The notes below the pieces were generated by a model. That model was not told the DNA's origin and did no database searches. It was given only the letters and a program-made list of their open reading frames with translations. The translations under genes were made by a program, and so were the position numbers. Of a stretch of 36,502 bases of DNA, positions 18,277 to 26,156 are shown piece after piece. Every line of letters starts with the position of its first letter. The first letter of the stretch is position 1. The stretch is from a virus (Duplodnaviria > Caudoviricetes): the IMG/VR virus record IMGVR_UViG_3300032280_001026, positions 1 to 36,502 of that record. One strand, written 5' to 3'.

Positions 18277-18719
18277 TGAACAAGTGTTATATTGCAAGTG
18301 GTTGGTTTTCGCCTGAATGGCTTCAAGAGTTAGAAAACATTAAGTCCTGTCTTGATGATTTAGGATTGTCTTACTTCTCACCAAAAGATGAGAATCTTTG
18401 CTCGCCTGACTCAACTGTTTCTTTTCAAGATGCTGTGTTTAATGGCAACATTAAAGGCATGGAAGAGTGCGATTGGATGATCTGCAACACACGTAATAAG
18501 GATATGGGAAGCATTTTTGAAGCAGGATACTTTCATAAGCTAAATAAACCCATCGTTTATTTTTGTGCAGGTCTTCCTCCCGGAACACAGTTTAATCTTA
18601 TGCTAGCAGCAAGTGGCTTGGCTGTGTGTACATCACTCGAAGATCTTCAGCGTTATCTTTCATCTTGCTTGGATCAGAAAGAAATTATTCCAAGACGATA
18701 TCTTGGCGCAATTGAATAA
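18276..18719 (+). CDS. Nucleoside 2-deoxyribosyltransferase / dNMP N-glycosidase family protein
   Basis: YIASGWFS, F.P, DMGSIFEAGY...LNKPIV, NLML motifs of the NDT/DNPH1/MilB superfamily. Confidence 0.85.
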   Translation: MNKCYIASGWFSPEWLQELENIKSCLDDLGLSYFSPKDENLCSPDSTVSFQDAVFNGNIKGMEECDWMICNTRNKDMGSIFEAGYFHKLNKPIVYFCAGLPPGTQFNLMLAASGLAVCTSLEDLQRYLSSCLDQKEIIPRRYLGAIE

Positions 18720-18736
18720 GAAGTTTTAAAAACACT

Positions 18737-18765
18737 AAAACCTCTCGGAAACGAGAGGTTTTTTT
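18737..18765 (+). terminator. Rho-independent terminator ending the nei-thyX-NDT operon
   Basis: AAAACCTCTCG-GAAA-CGAGAGGTTTT plus T run; GNRA loop. Confidence 0.9.
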
Positions 18766-18825
18766 GTCATTTAAAGATGTTTCTATTGGAACAAGATATT
18801 TAGTAGGAACTGTTATGGAGTTATT

Positions 18826-19719
18826 ATGAAAATTAAAATGAGTCTCTTGAAGAAAATAATCAAAGAGTCAGTTCTTTTAGAGCAGATGGTTGAACCTAAT
18901 CCACTTATTAAGCTTGCGCTTGGCACAAACGCTGTAAGAGCTTCAGCTGCGATGAAGTCTGCTGACAACGCTGACGCATTTCAAATTCTTCCTGACGATA
19001 GAAAGAAACTTGAAGTTACTCTCCGCGTGCCAACAGAATCAAAGTATTATGGAAAACCTCATTTTATTTGGAAAGAATCTCAAACTGGTGCAAGCGATAA
19101 ACTTTACAACATAGGCTCTCTTACTACTGGAAACGGTGACCCTTTTACTTATGAAAAAGTATCAGGAAATAAGTACAGAGTTGTTTCAGGACCCGTGTCT
19201 AAAGCTATTGGAAAGACTTTTGCACTTTCGCCTCCTCCAAAAAATAAAGTAGAGCTACCTAAGCCTGATACAGGTGAAACTGATCTTGCAAGAGAAGATG
19301 ACGGAAGTGAAGAAACAATCTTAGATTCTTCAGCCTTAGAAGTTTTTAAAGATGTAGCTGATAGATTTGATACAGCTGGAATGTCTGACATGTCTAGAAT
19401 TATTAAAAACTGGTCTTTAACTAACGAAACACTTGTTAAACGTGAGTACTCTTTAGGAGAATATTTGGAGAATATTGAAAGATTAATCAGTCAAAATTTG
19501 GAACCTTCTAGCTCTGTTGCCAAAGAGGTTAAAGCACGTAAAAAGAGTCCAAATGCCTTTACACCTCCACAAAATCTTTTAGACTCGTATGCAGATGGTG
19601 ATGTTGATGCTATTACATCTTACATTATAAATGATATTTTAGGTGATTATACACAAGAGATTGAAACTGCTGCTAAGCAAACAAATAACAAAAAGATTCT
19701 TAACGTTTTAAATAAATGA
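18826..19719 (+). CDS. Hypothetical protein with MKI...LKKIIKE..L.E leader (putative internal head protein)
   Basis: GGAG RBS; N-terminal motif shared with the ORFs at 21467, 30322 and 34683. Confidence 0.65.
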   Translation: MKIKMSLLKKIIKESVLLEQMVEPNPLIKLALGTNAVRASAAMKSADNADAFQILPDDRKKLEVTLRVPTESKYYGKPHFIWKESQTGASDKLYNIGSLTTGNGDPFTYEKVSGNKYRVVSGPVSKAIGKTFALSPPPKNKVELPKPDTGETDLAREDDGSEETILDSSALEVFKDVADRFDTAGMSDMSRIIKNWSLTNETLVKREYSLGEYLENIERLISQNLEPSSSVAKEVKARKKSPNAFTPPQNLLDSYADGDVDAITSYIINDILGDYTQEIETAAKQTNNKKILNVLNK

Positions 19720-19775
19720 TGATGAGTAAAAGTGCTTTTTATTAAAAGCCTAATAAGATAAAGGCAGGAGCTAAA

Positions 19776-20252
19776 ATGAATTTTTTAACTGTTGCTTTTG
19801 TTTCTTTTTTCATCTTGGGTTTTAAACACACTCACACATCTGAGTATCAGATGGAATCTTTGAGATCTTTTTATTGGACAGAAAATATTCCTGACGTAGT
19901 TATCTGTAACAATTCTCAAATCGATCTTCTTATTCTCGAAAAGGTTATTTCTTCTTGGGAAAAAAGAGGTGAAAAGATTGGAAACGTTTTGTTCAAAGAA
20001 TGTGTCGAATTTCAGACACTTCCGGGCACTATTGAAATTTATGAAGACGATAAAATCACAGGCTCTGCATTCGGATTGACAAGTATAAAGTCTTACACAA
20101 GCACAAAAGAAATTATTTCTGCAAAGATCTGGGTTAAGCCAGATTATACAGACAGTATTATTTTGCTAGAACATGAGCTTGGTCATGCACTAGGTTTTAA
20201 AGATACTTTGGCAAAGGATCACGTCATGTCTGGATACGGATTTGTGTATTGA
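19776..20252 (+). CDS. Secreted or membrane-anchored metzincin (matrixin-like) zinc metalloprotease
   Basis: N-terminal hydrophobic segment; HELGHALGFKD (HExxHxxGxxD) and Met-turn HVMS. Confidence 0.8.
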   Translation: MNFLTVAFVSFFILGFKHTHTSEYQMESLRSFYWTENIPDVVICNNSQIDLLILEKVISSWEKRGEKIGNVLFKECVEFQTLPGTIEIYEDDKITGSAFGLTSIKSYTSTKEIISAKIWVKPDYTDSIILLEHELGHALGFKDTLAKDHVMSGYGFVY

Positions 20253-20256
20253 AATA

Positions 20257-20284
20257 TGTAAAAATTAACAAAATGTCTTAAAAT
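20257..20284 (+). promoter_or_regulatory. Promoter TGTAAA-N16-TAAAAT upstream of epimerase 1
   Basis: TGTAAA 20257-20262, TAAAAT 20279-20284, AAGGAG RBS. Confidence 0.6.
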
Positions 20285-20301
20285 CTCTCAAAGGAGAAAC
20301 A

Positions 20302-21297
20302 ATGAGAGTTTTTATTACAGGTGAGCAGGGTTTTATTGGTAGAAATCTTGTTAAAAAATTATCTGACTTTGGGCACAGTCACGTCTCATCAGGTGACAGT
20401 TACGTAACATATAATGGATTTAATCTTAAATATCATAAACCCAAAGAACTTTGTGTTCATAAAAACTCTATAGATGATTGGGCAGAGTTTTTCTATGAAA
20501 CAAAAACAGATATCATCATTCATAACGCTGCTGTTGTAGGCACAGATGTAGTTGCTTTAAATCCATCTGAATCTACATTGACTAATGTCACAGGAACCTA
20601 CAATATTTCGAGAGCCGCCAAACGATTAGGAATACCTGTCTGTTATATGGGCACAACAGTCATATACGATGTTGCAAAATATCAAGAAGAAGAGATCGTA
20701 GAAACTTCACTTAAACGTCCTACTACACTTTACGGTTGTCACAAACTTTGTGCTGAAGATATTATTAAAGCACAATCAGGCGACAAATGGATGATTGTTC
20801 GTCCGCTCTTTGCTTACGGCGGCGAAGGTGACATGAACTCTCTTATTGCTAAAACTGTCTTTGGATATTTAAGAGATAAATCAGATATCGATATGTTCTT
20901 AAATCAAGACAAGATTAAAGACTACATGCATGTTGATGACTACTGCAACGCAGTTTTGACTGCAATCCAAAAAGATCTTTGGAATGATGACTGGAATGTC
21001 GCCGCAGAAACACCTCTTAATACCGGTGAGATCATGGCACTCTTGGAAAAGATCTTGCAAGAAGAGTGCGGAATTAAAAAAGATGTGCTTACTTGGCACC
21101 CACAGACAGATTATCTTGGAAATCACAGACTTTCTTCTAAAAAATTTAGAGAAGCATCAGATTGGCAACCAAATATTTCTTTAGAAGAGGGTATTAGAAG
21201 AACAATTCAAGAAATTAAAAAAAGTGAAGGTTATGATCCTCTTGTCTATCTTAAAGAAGCAAAAGCAAAAGGAGTTGATTTAACAGACTTTTACTAA
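20302..21297 (+). CDS. NAD-dependent NDP-sugar epimerase/dehydratase (extended SDR) 1
   Basis: TGEQGFIG, HNAA, YGCHK (YxxxK), RP..AYG, KDYMHVDD, SLEEGIRRT. Confidence 0.88.
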   Translation: MRVFITGEQGFIGRNLVKKLSDFGHSHVSSGDSYVTYNGFNLKYHKPKELCVHKNSIDDWAEFFYETKTDIIIHNAAVVGTDVVALNPSESTLTNVTGTYNISRAAKRLGIPVCYMGTTVIYDVAKYQEEEIVETSLKRPTTLYGCHKLCAEDIIKAQSGDKWMIVRPLFAYGGEGDMNSLIAKTVFGYLRDKSDIDMFLNQDKIKDYMHVDDYCNAVLTAIQKDLWNDDWNVAAETPLNTGEIMALLEKILQEECGIKKDVLTWHPQTDYLGNHRLSSKKFREASDWQPNISLEEGIRRTIQEIKKSEGYDPLVYLKEAKAKGVDLTDFY

Positions 21298-21466
21298 AAA
21301 TGTAAATACTTATCAACATGATGTATTTCAATGATTTGTCGGAATATTTACACAGCAGGTGTCATTGTAATTATTCTTTGTCATTACATTTGCAGAATTT
21401 TAAGTATCAATAAGTATCCTGCAGAAAAAATGATTAAAAAAGCCTATCTATTGTAGGAGATTTAGT

Positions 21467-22771
21467 ATGAGACTTGAAAGAAAAGCGCTGAGAAAATTTG
21501 TTATTGAAACGCTGTTAAAAGAAGCATTTGATAAAAAATCTTCAAGGTCAAAAAAAGTTGTATCTGAGGTAAAAGGTGCAAATGCAGATGGTGACAAATC
21601 TCAAAATGTGCAAGACAAATCAGGAAATAATTTTTCTATATCTCCTGAAGGAGAAATCTCGCTTATTAAAGATAGTCAAAAAATCACTTTTAAAGGAGAG
21701 CAAAAGCGCAAAGTTGCTTCAAATCTTATCGATGATTTAAAATCTATGGACAAAGCCATTCCTACAGGATTGACAAAAATAATACCTAATATAGATTATG
21801 AGATTGTCGATGAAGAGAAATATAGATTTAAAATATTTCCTAGCGGTCAACTTTTTCTCTTAAGCAAGAGTGGAAAGTTAATAAACAGAGAAATAACTGG
21901 ACAAAATAAAAGCAAAGCTGCAAAAGTTCTTCAAGATTTAGTCAAAGCTAAACAGTCGTCTTATCCTTATCTTTTTAAGATATCAACAACATCTGCAACT
22001 CAAGCTGATGCGGGTTCGCTTCCAGGCGCCGGTAAAACTTCTAAAAAAGGAGTACAATATTTTCCTGGTTATGATGGAAAAATATTAACAAGCATAGCTG
22101 TAACAATTGAGCCTAAAAAAGAAGCAAATATGGTTGTGGGAGCATGTAAAACTGATGGTTGTGCACAGTTTGTAAGAGAATCTTTAGGACCACACGTTGG
22201 AAATTACGTAGGAAATGCTTGGCATGCACATGGAAGATTTGCGCAAAAGTCTGCTTTTAATTCACTAACACCTGAACAGACAGCAGAAGCTGCAAAACTT
22301 TTTTCTGTAATTAATGCTAATCCTCAAGAAAAGGCCTTTGAAAAGGAAGTCAAAGCATTTGTTAGTAATCTCATTCCAGATCAATCACAATTTAGTGACT
22401 TATCCTTAGGTGACGTTGTAGGATTATACTATAACACTTCAGATAACTTTACTAAAGCTTTTTTTGAAGGTGCAACAGGATACCAATCAATGGGCAAAGA
22501 CTCTAAAGTCAGCAGCGGCCCATTTTTTCTTACGAGTCAAGGTGATCCATGGACTCCTGGCTTGTTAGGAAAAAAGATTCCTTTTCAACCAGGAAGAACA
22601 TTGTCATCTGGAGGCGGATTTGGTATGAATACACACGTTGGCTTTGTTGGCGCACTGGTAGATGGAGTTCCAATAATTTATCATAATATTCACCACAAGG
22701 TTTACGCAACTGGATTAGAAGCAATGAGCAAAAACGGACTTGCAATTGTGTGGGCTGGTAGATTAACTTAA
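21467..22771 (+). CDS. Putative virion-associated CHAP/NlpC-P60-like peptidoglycan hydrolase with N-terminal leader and repeats
   Basis: GCAQFV (catalytic Cys), GNAW, GDVVG, HVGFV (His), IYHN; N-terminal LRKFVIETLLKE leader. Confidence 0.6.
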   Translation: MRLERKALRKFVIETLLKEAFDKKSSRSKKVVSEVKGANADGDKSQNVQDKSGNNFSISPEGEISLIKDSQKITFKGEQKRKVASNLIDDLKSMDKAIPTGLTKIIPNIDYEIVDEEKYRFKIFPSGQLFLLSKSGKLINREITGQNKSKAAKVLQDLVKAKQSSYPYLFKISTTSATQADAGSLPGAGKTSKKGVQYFPGYDGKILTSIAVTIEPKKEANMVVGACKTDGCAQFVRESLGPHVGNYVGNAWHAHGRFAQKSAFNSLTPEQTAEAAKLFSVINANPQEKAFEKEVKAFVSNLIPDQSQFSDLSLGDVVGLYYNTSDNFTKAFFEGATGYQSMGKDSKVSSGPFFLTSQGDPWTPGLLGKKIPFQPGRTLSSGGGFGMNTHVGFVGALVDGVPIIYHNIHHKVYATGLEAMSKNGLAIVWAGRLT

Positions 22772-22834
22772 GTATAAATCTTGTAAGTGCAATTAATAAA
22801 AGTTGATTTTATAATATCTCTACAAGGGGGTGTT

Positions 22835-23329
22835 GTGAAAATCAAAGATATTATTGTCGCAGGATTTTTTTCTATCTTGTCACCTACGGCGCAAGTGACA
22901 AGCAAGACACTTTGTAAAAGTCACAATATGAATCATATTGAGTATGACTCCAAGAATAATCATTTATCAATTTGTGTAAAAAACAAACCTGTTCAATCTT
23001 TTAGAGCATCACATGGATCGATGGGAATAGGAAAGAATAAAAAAGGCGATAGAAAAACTCCCGTAGGGTTGTATACTATCCAGAAGCCTAGAAAGTCATC
23101 TTCTGTTTGGAGAACTTTTATTTATATTGACTATCCTACAAAGGCTCAAAAGAAAAAAGGATTTACAGGTTCCGCAGTTGGTTTGCATGGCCCTTATAAA
23201 TTTTTTCCTTATCTAAACGACAAAGTAAATTTTGGTGCAGGATGCATCGTTGTTTCTAAAAATAGTGATATCGATGCAATCGAGAAACATGTTCTAGCTC
23301 TAGATATCAATCATATCTACATAAAATAA
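22835..23329 (+). CDS. L,D-transpeptidase (YkuD) family protein
   Basis: GDRKTPVGLYTI, IDYP, GSAVGLHG, GCIVV catalytic His/Cys; GGGGG RBS before GTG 22835; hydrophobic N-terminus; TGCAAT-N16-TATAAT promoter at 22788-22815. Confidence 0.85.
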   Translation: MKIKDIIVAGFFSILSPTAQVTSKTLCKSHNMNHIEYDSKNNHLSICVKNKPVQSFRASHGSMGIGKNKKGDRKTPVGLYTIQKPRKSSSVWRTFIYIDYPTKAQKKKGFTGSAVGLHGPYKFFPYLNDKVNFGAGCIVVSKNSDIDAIEKHVLALDINHIYIK

Positions 23330-23354
23330 GTATTTGTTACTAAAATCTTTAGTG

Positions 23355-23397
23355 TGTAAAGCCTAACCTCACCTATTAAAATAAAGGTGAGGTTTTT
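23355..23397 (+). promoter_or_regulatory. dnaE promoter TGTAAA-N16-TAAAAT overlapping a 10-bp inverted repeat (terminator of the upstream gene)
   Basis: TGTAAA 23355-23360; TAAAAT 23377-23382 lies in the loop of AACCTCACCT/AGGTGAGGTT (23365-23394), followed by TTT. Confidence 0.6.
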
Positions 23398-23410
23398 ACT
23401 TAGGAGTAAA

Positions 23411-25102
23411 ATGTCTATTCGTAATATTACACCGCCTTCCCGTTTTGTTGGGTTGCATTCTCACACAGGGTTTAGCGTTTTTGACGGCTTAGGTTATCCA
23501 TCTGATCACATTGATTTCGTTCTTGACAACGGAATGGATGCTTGGGGGCTTACAGATCACGGAAATGGCAGTGGATTAGCACATGCTCAAAAGCATGCTG
23601 CACATATCAAAAAGAGCGGACGAAAGTTTCGCCAAATTTATGGATGCGAGTTTTATTTTGTTCCTTCACTTAGTAAGTGGCGTCATGATTATGAAAAAGC
23701 AAAAGTAGAACGAGTTGATTCTAAAAAGAAATCTTCGGATGACGAAGAAGAAGATGCTGGACATGTTATCGAGAATGAAGAAGAAACTAAATCAGCTGAC
23801 GATGGAAAGGATGAATGGAAGCGCCGCTACCATCTTGTAGTCACTGCACAGGATCGTGAAGGATTAGGCAACCTTTTTACGTTAATTAAACGAGGTTATA
23901 CTGAAGGTTTCTATCGCTATCCTCGAATTGACTTTAACATGCTTAAACAGCATGGAAAAGGCCTTAATGTATCGACTGCGTGCTTAGGCGGAATCTACTC
24001 AAACAGAATCATGCGCGGTAACGCACTTAACAAGTCAGATGCTGAAATTCAAGCAGAGCTTATGCAACTATCAGAGCGTTTTGTTGACGCTGTAGGTGAG
24101 GATAACTTTTATCTTGAGTTGCAGTTTAATCGACTTAAGCAGCAACATTTAGTAAATCATCATCTTCTTCGTCACTCAACACGCTCAGGTGTAAAGTTAA
24201 TTTCGACTCCTGACTCGCATTATTACAGACCAGACAAGTGGGAGGCAAGAGAGCTTTATAAGAAGTTAGGTTGGATGGGCAATGATCCTTCTCCTCTGCC
24301 TGAGTTTGAAGATCTTAAGTGTGAGCTTTACCCTAAGAATGCTCAACAGATGTGGGATGAATTTGTAAATCATTATGATGAATACAAAGAAACATACGAG
24401 GGTTATGAGCAGACTGTTAAAGACTCAATTGAAAGAACTTATGATATCGCTTGGGAAAAATGCACTGATACATGGATTGATACTAGTGTTAAGCTTCCTG
24501 ATTTTAACAAGCCAGATCAAACAGCATTTCAGCAACTTGCTCAAAAGGTCAAAGAAGCTCTTGTAAAAGAAGGTCTTCATACAAACGATTTGTATGTAGA
24601 TCGTGCCAAGATGGAGCTAGGTGACATTAAACACCTGGGGTTTGAAAACTACTTCCTTGTCATGAACGAAGTATTTCACAAGGCAGCTGATCATACCTTG
24701 TTTGGACCTGCACGCGGAAGTGGTGGTGGGTCTCTCGTAAACTACTTGCTTGGTATTACACAGGTAGATCCGCTCAAGTATGATCTTCTTTGGGAGCGTT
24801 TTCTCGGAAGGCACCGTTGTGTAGATCCTTCTACTTATGTCATTGCTGAAAGCGGCAAGAAGATGATCAAAGATCTTGAAGAAGGTGAAAAAGTTCTCAC
24901 ATACACAGGCGACTTTAGGAAAGTCATTGATAAAGAAGAAGCAGTCCATGACATGGCTGTCAAAGTTAAGTTTGGAGGTCAACAAATTATCTGTTCTCCA
25001 AATCATAGGTGGATAATTGTTCGCGATAGTGAGCAAATGGAAGTCATGGCTTGTCACCTTCAAAAAGGTGACAAATTAATTAAAAACACGTCAAGTAAGT
25101 AA
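23411..25102 (+). CDS. dnaE: DNA polymerase III alpha, N-terminal part (PHP domain and start of palm) fused to split intein N-fragment
   Basis: LHSHT.FS..DG, TDHGN, GCEFY, HLVV, TACLGG, YLELQ, DSHY, GPARGSGGGSLVNYLLGITQVDP..YDLLWERFL; AGGAG RBS before ATG 23411. Confidence 0.95.
   Translation: MSIRNITPPSRFVGLHSHTGFSVFDGLGYPSDHIDFVLDNGMDAWGLTDHGNGSGLAHAQKHAAHIKKSGRKFRQIYGCEFYFVPSLSKWRHDYEKAKVERVDSKKKSSDDEEEDAGHVIENEEETKSADDGKDEWKRRYHLVVTAQDREGLGNLFTLIKRGYTEGFYRYPRIDFNMLKQHGKGLNVSTACLGGIYSNRIMRGNALNKSDAEIQAELMQLSERFVDAVGEDNFYLELQFNRLKQQHLVNHHLLRHSTRSGVKLISTPDSHYYRPDKWEARELYKKLGWMGNDPSPLPEFEDLKCELYPKNAQQMWDEFVNHYDEYKETYEGYEQTVKDSIERTYDIAWEKCTDTWIDTSVKLPDFNKPDQTAFQQLAQKVKEALVKEGLHTNDLYVDRAKMELGDIKHLGFENYFLVMNEVFHKAADHTLFGPARGSGGGSLVNYLLGITQVDPLKYDLLWERFLGRHRCVDPSTYVIAESGKKMIKDLEEGEKVLTYTGDFRKVIDKEEAVHDMAVKVKFGGQQIICSPNHRWIIVRDSEQMEVMACHLQKGDKLIKNTSSK
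24818..25099 (+). mobile_element. Split intein N-fragment (94 aa)
   Basis: Block A CVDPSTYV, IKDLEEGEKVLT, block B CSPNHRWI, A.HLQKGD.L end motif, then stop codon. Confidence 0.92.
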
Positions 25103-25105
25103 TAT

Positions 25106-25130
25106 TTACTCCTAATAACACTAGGAGTAA
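25106..25130 (+). promoter_or_regulatory. RBS-sequestering hairpin of the endonuclease gene
   Basis: TTACTCCTA (25106-25114) pairs perfectly with TAGGAGTAA (25122-25130), which contains the AGGAG SD; ATG at 25133. Confidence 0.8.
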
Positions 25131-25132
25131 TA

Positions 25133-26044
25133 ATGATAAAAATTATTGAATGTAAAAATTGTAAAAAGAAAACAGAGTTCTATTTCTTACAAAATGATCA
25201 ATCGTCAGTTGCAAAGTGTAAAAAGAAGTATTGCTCTGATGAATGTAAGAAAGAATTTGTTAAAAATAATGGAACTTCAAATTCAATTTGTTTAATCTGT
25301 GATTTTTGTAGTAAAACTTACTTTAAACCAAAGTCAACTGGTAAAAATTCTAAATACTGTTCAAGAATATGTCAAAACAAAAGTCAGGCAAAATCTAATG
25401 AAAAGAAGAGAGAGCAGATTATGTGTGAAGTCTGCTCACATTCTTTTGAAATAATAGAAGGAGCTAGTCGAAAATATTGCTCTCTTAAATGTGCTGCATC
25501 GATCAAAAAGAAAAATCTAAAAGATTTTACTTGCTTAGTATGCAAGAAAACAAAAAAAATAAAGATAAGCGATACAAGAAAATATTGCGGAAGAAACTGT
25601 CAGTATGAAGCACAGTCATTAGGACTTATTAAAATCCCTACTAATGGAAGGACTGGATATCGAACAGACTTACCTTCTAATCTTTATTTTAAGAGCAGTT
25701 TAGAAGCTGACTATGCACGATATCTTAGATATCACAATATTGATTTTAGTTATGAAACTAAATGTTTTACTCTTCAAGATGAAGCGGGAAATACACGAAG
25801 ATATACACCTGACTTTTACATAGCAGAAGAAGACTGCTACATTGAAACAAAAGCTAAGAGAAATGATGGAAAGTATGAGCGCAATATTGAATGTGTGCAA
25901 ATACTTTCTAACTTAGGCTATAATATTAAAGTAGTCTATATGAAAGAATTTTATGAAAAATTAAAAAAGGATAGTGAATATGACAAAATACCAAATCTTG
26001 AGCGAAGAAACTACAAAGGAACAAAACAACTTATTCGAAATTGA
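25133..26044 (+). CDS. Free-standing putative homing endonuclease: four CxxC...YCSxxC zinc-finger repeats plus a PD-(D/E)XK (T7 endonuclease I-like) domain
   Basis: CKNC..YCSDEC, CDFC..YCSRIC, CEVC..YCSLKC, CLVC..YCGRNC; FKSSLEA......L....I.FSYE......YTPDFY......IETK; more AT-rich than the flanking dnaE. Confidence 0.85.
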   Translation: MIKIIECKNCKKKTEFYFLQNDQSSVAKCKKKYCSDECKKEFVKNNGTSNSICLICDFCSKTYFKPKSTGKNSKYCSRICQNKSQAKSNEKKREQIMCEVCSHSFEIIEGASRKYCSLKCAASIKKKNLKDFTCLVCKKTKKIKISDTRKYCGRNCQYEAQSLGLIKIPTNGRTGYRTDLPSNLYFKSSLEADYARYLRYHNIDFSYETKCFTLQDEAGNTRRYTPDFYIAEEDCYIETKAKRNDGKYERNIECVQILSNLGYNIKVVYMKEFYEKLKKDSEYDKIPNLERRNYKGTKQLIRN

Positions 26045-26156
26045 AGAAATTGAATTTGTTCCTTATAGTAAAACAATGATCGATATTGAAGTTGAAGGCG
26101 ATCATACGTTTTATGTCGCACAAGATTCTGAAAGTGATTTTGTTCTAACACATAAC
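25980..26156 (+). mobile_element. Split intein C-fragment (59 aa)
   Basis: Block F MIDIEVEGDHTFYV, block G VLTHN followed by Thr+1; own AAGGA SD at 25967-25971. Confidence 0.92.

Noticed and set aside
21298-21466. Possible small ORF (about 41 aa from ATG 21331) or ncRNA in the 170-nt gap
   Set aside because: No SD, no motif, no convincing stem; the TGTAAA at 21301 lacks a properly spaced -10
25103-25979. Group I or II intron interrupting dnaE
   Set aside because: The insert is fully occupied by an ORF with only 30 nt of non-coding sequence, leaving no room for a ribozyme core; the intein motifs explain the interruption
25100-26044. dnaE as a pseudogene, or a contiguous intein broken by sequencing errors
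   Set aside because: Would need both a false TAA and a false frameshift. Each downstream ORF has its own SD and ATG, IntN ends where split N-fragments normally end, and all catalytic motifs are intact
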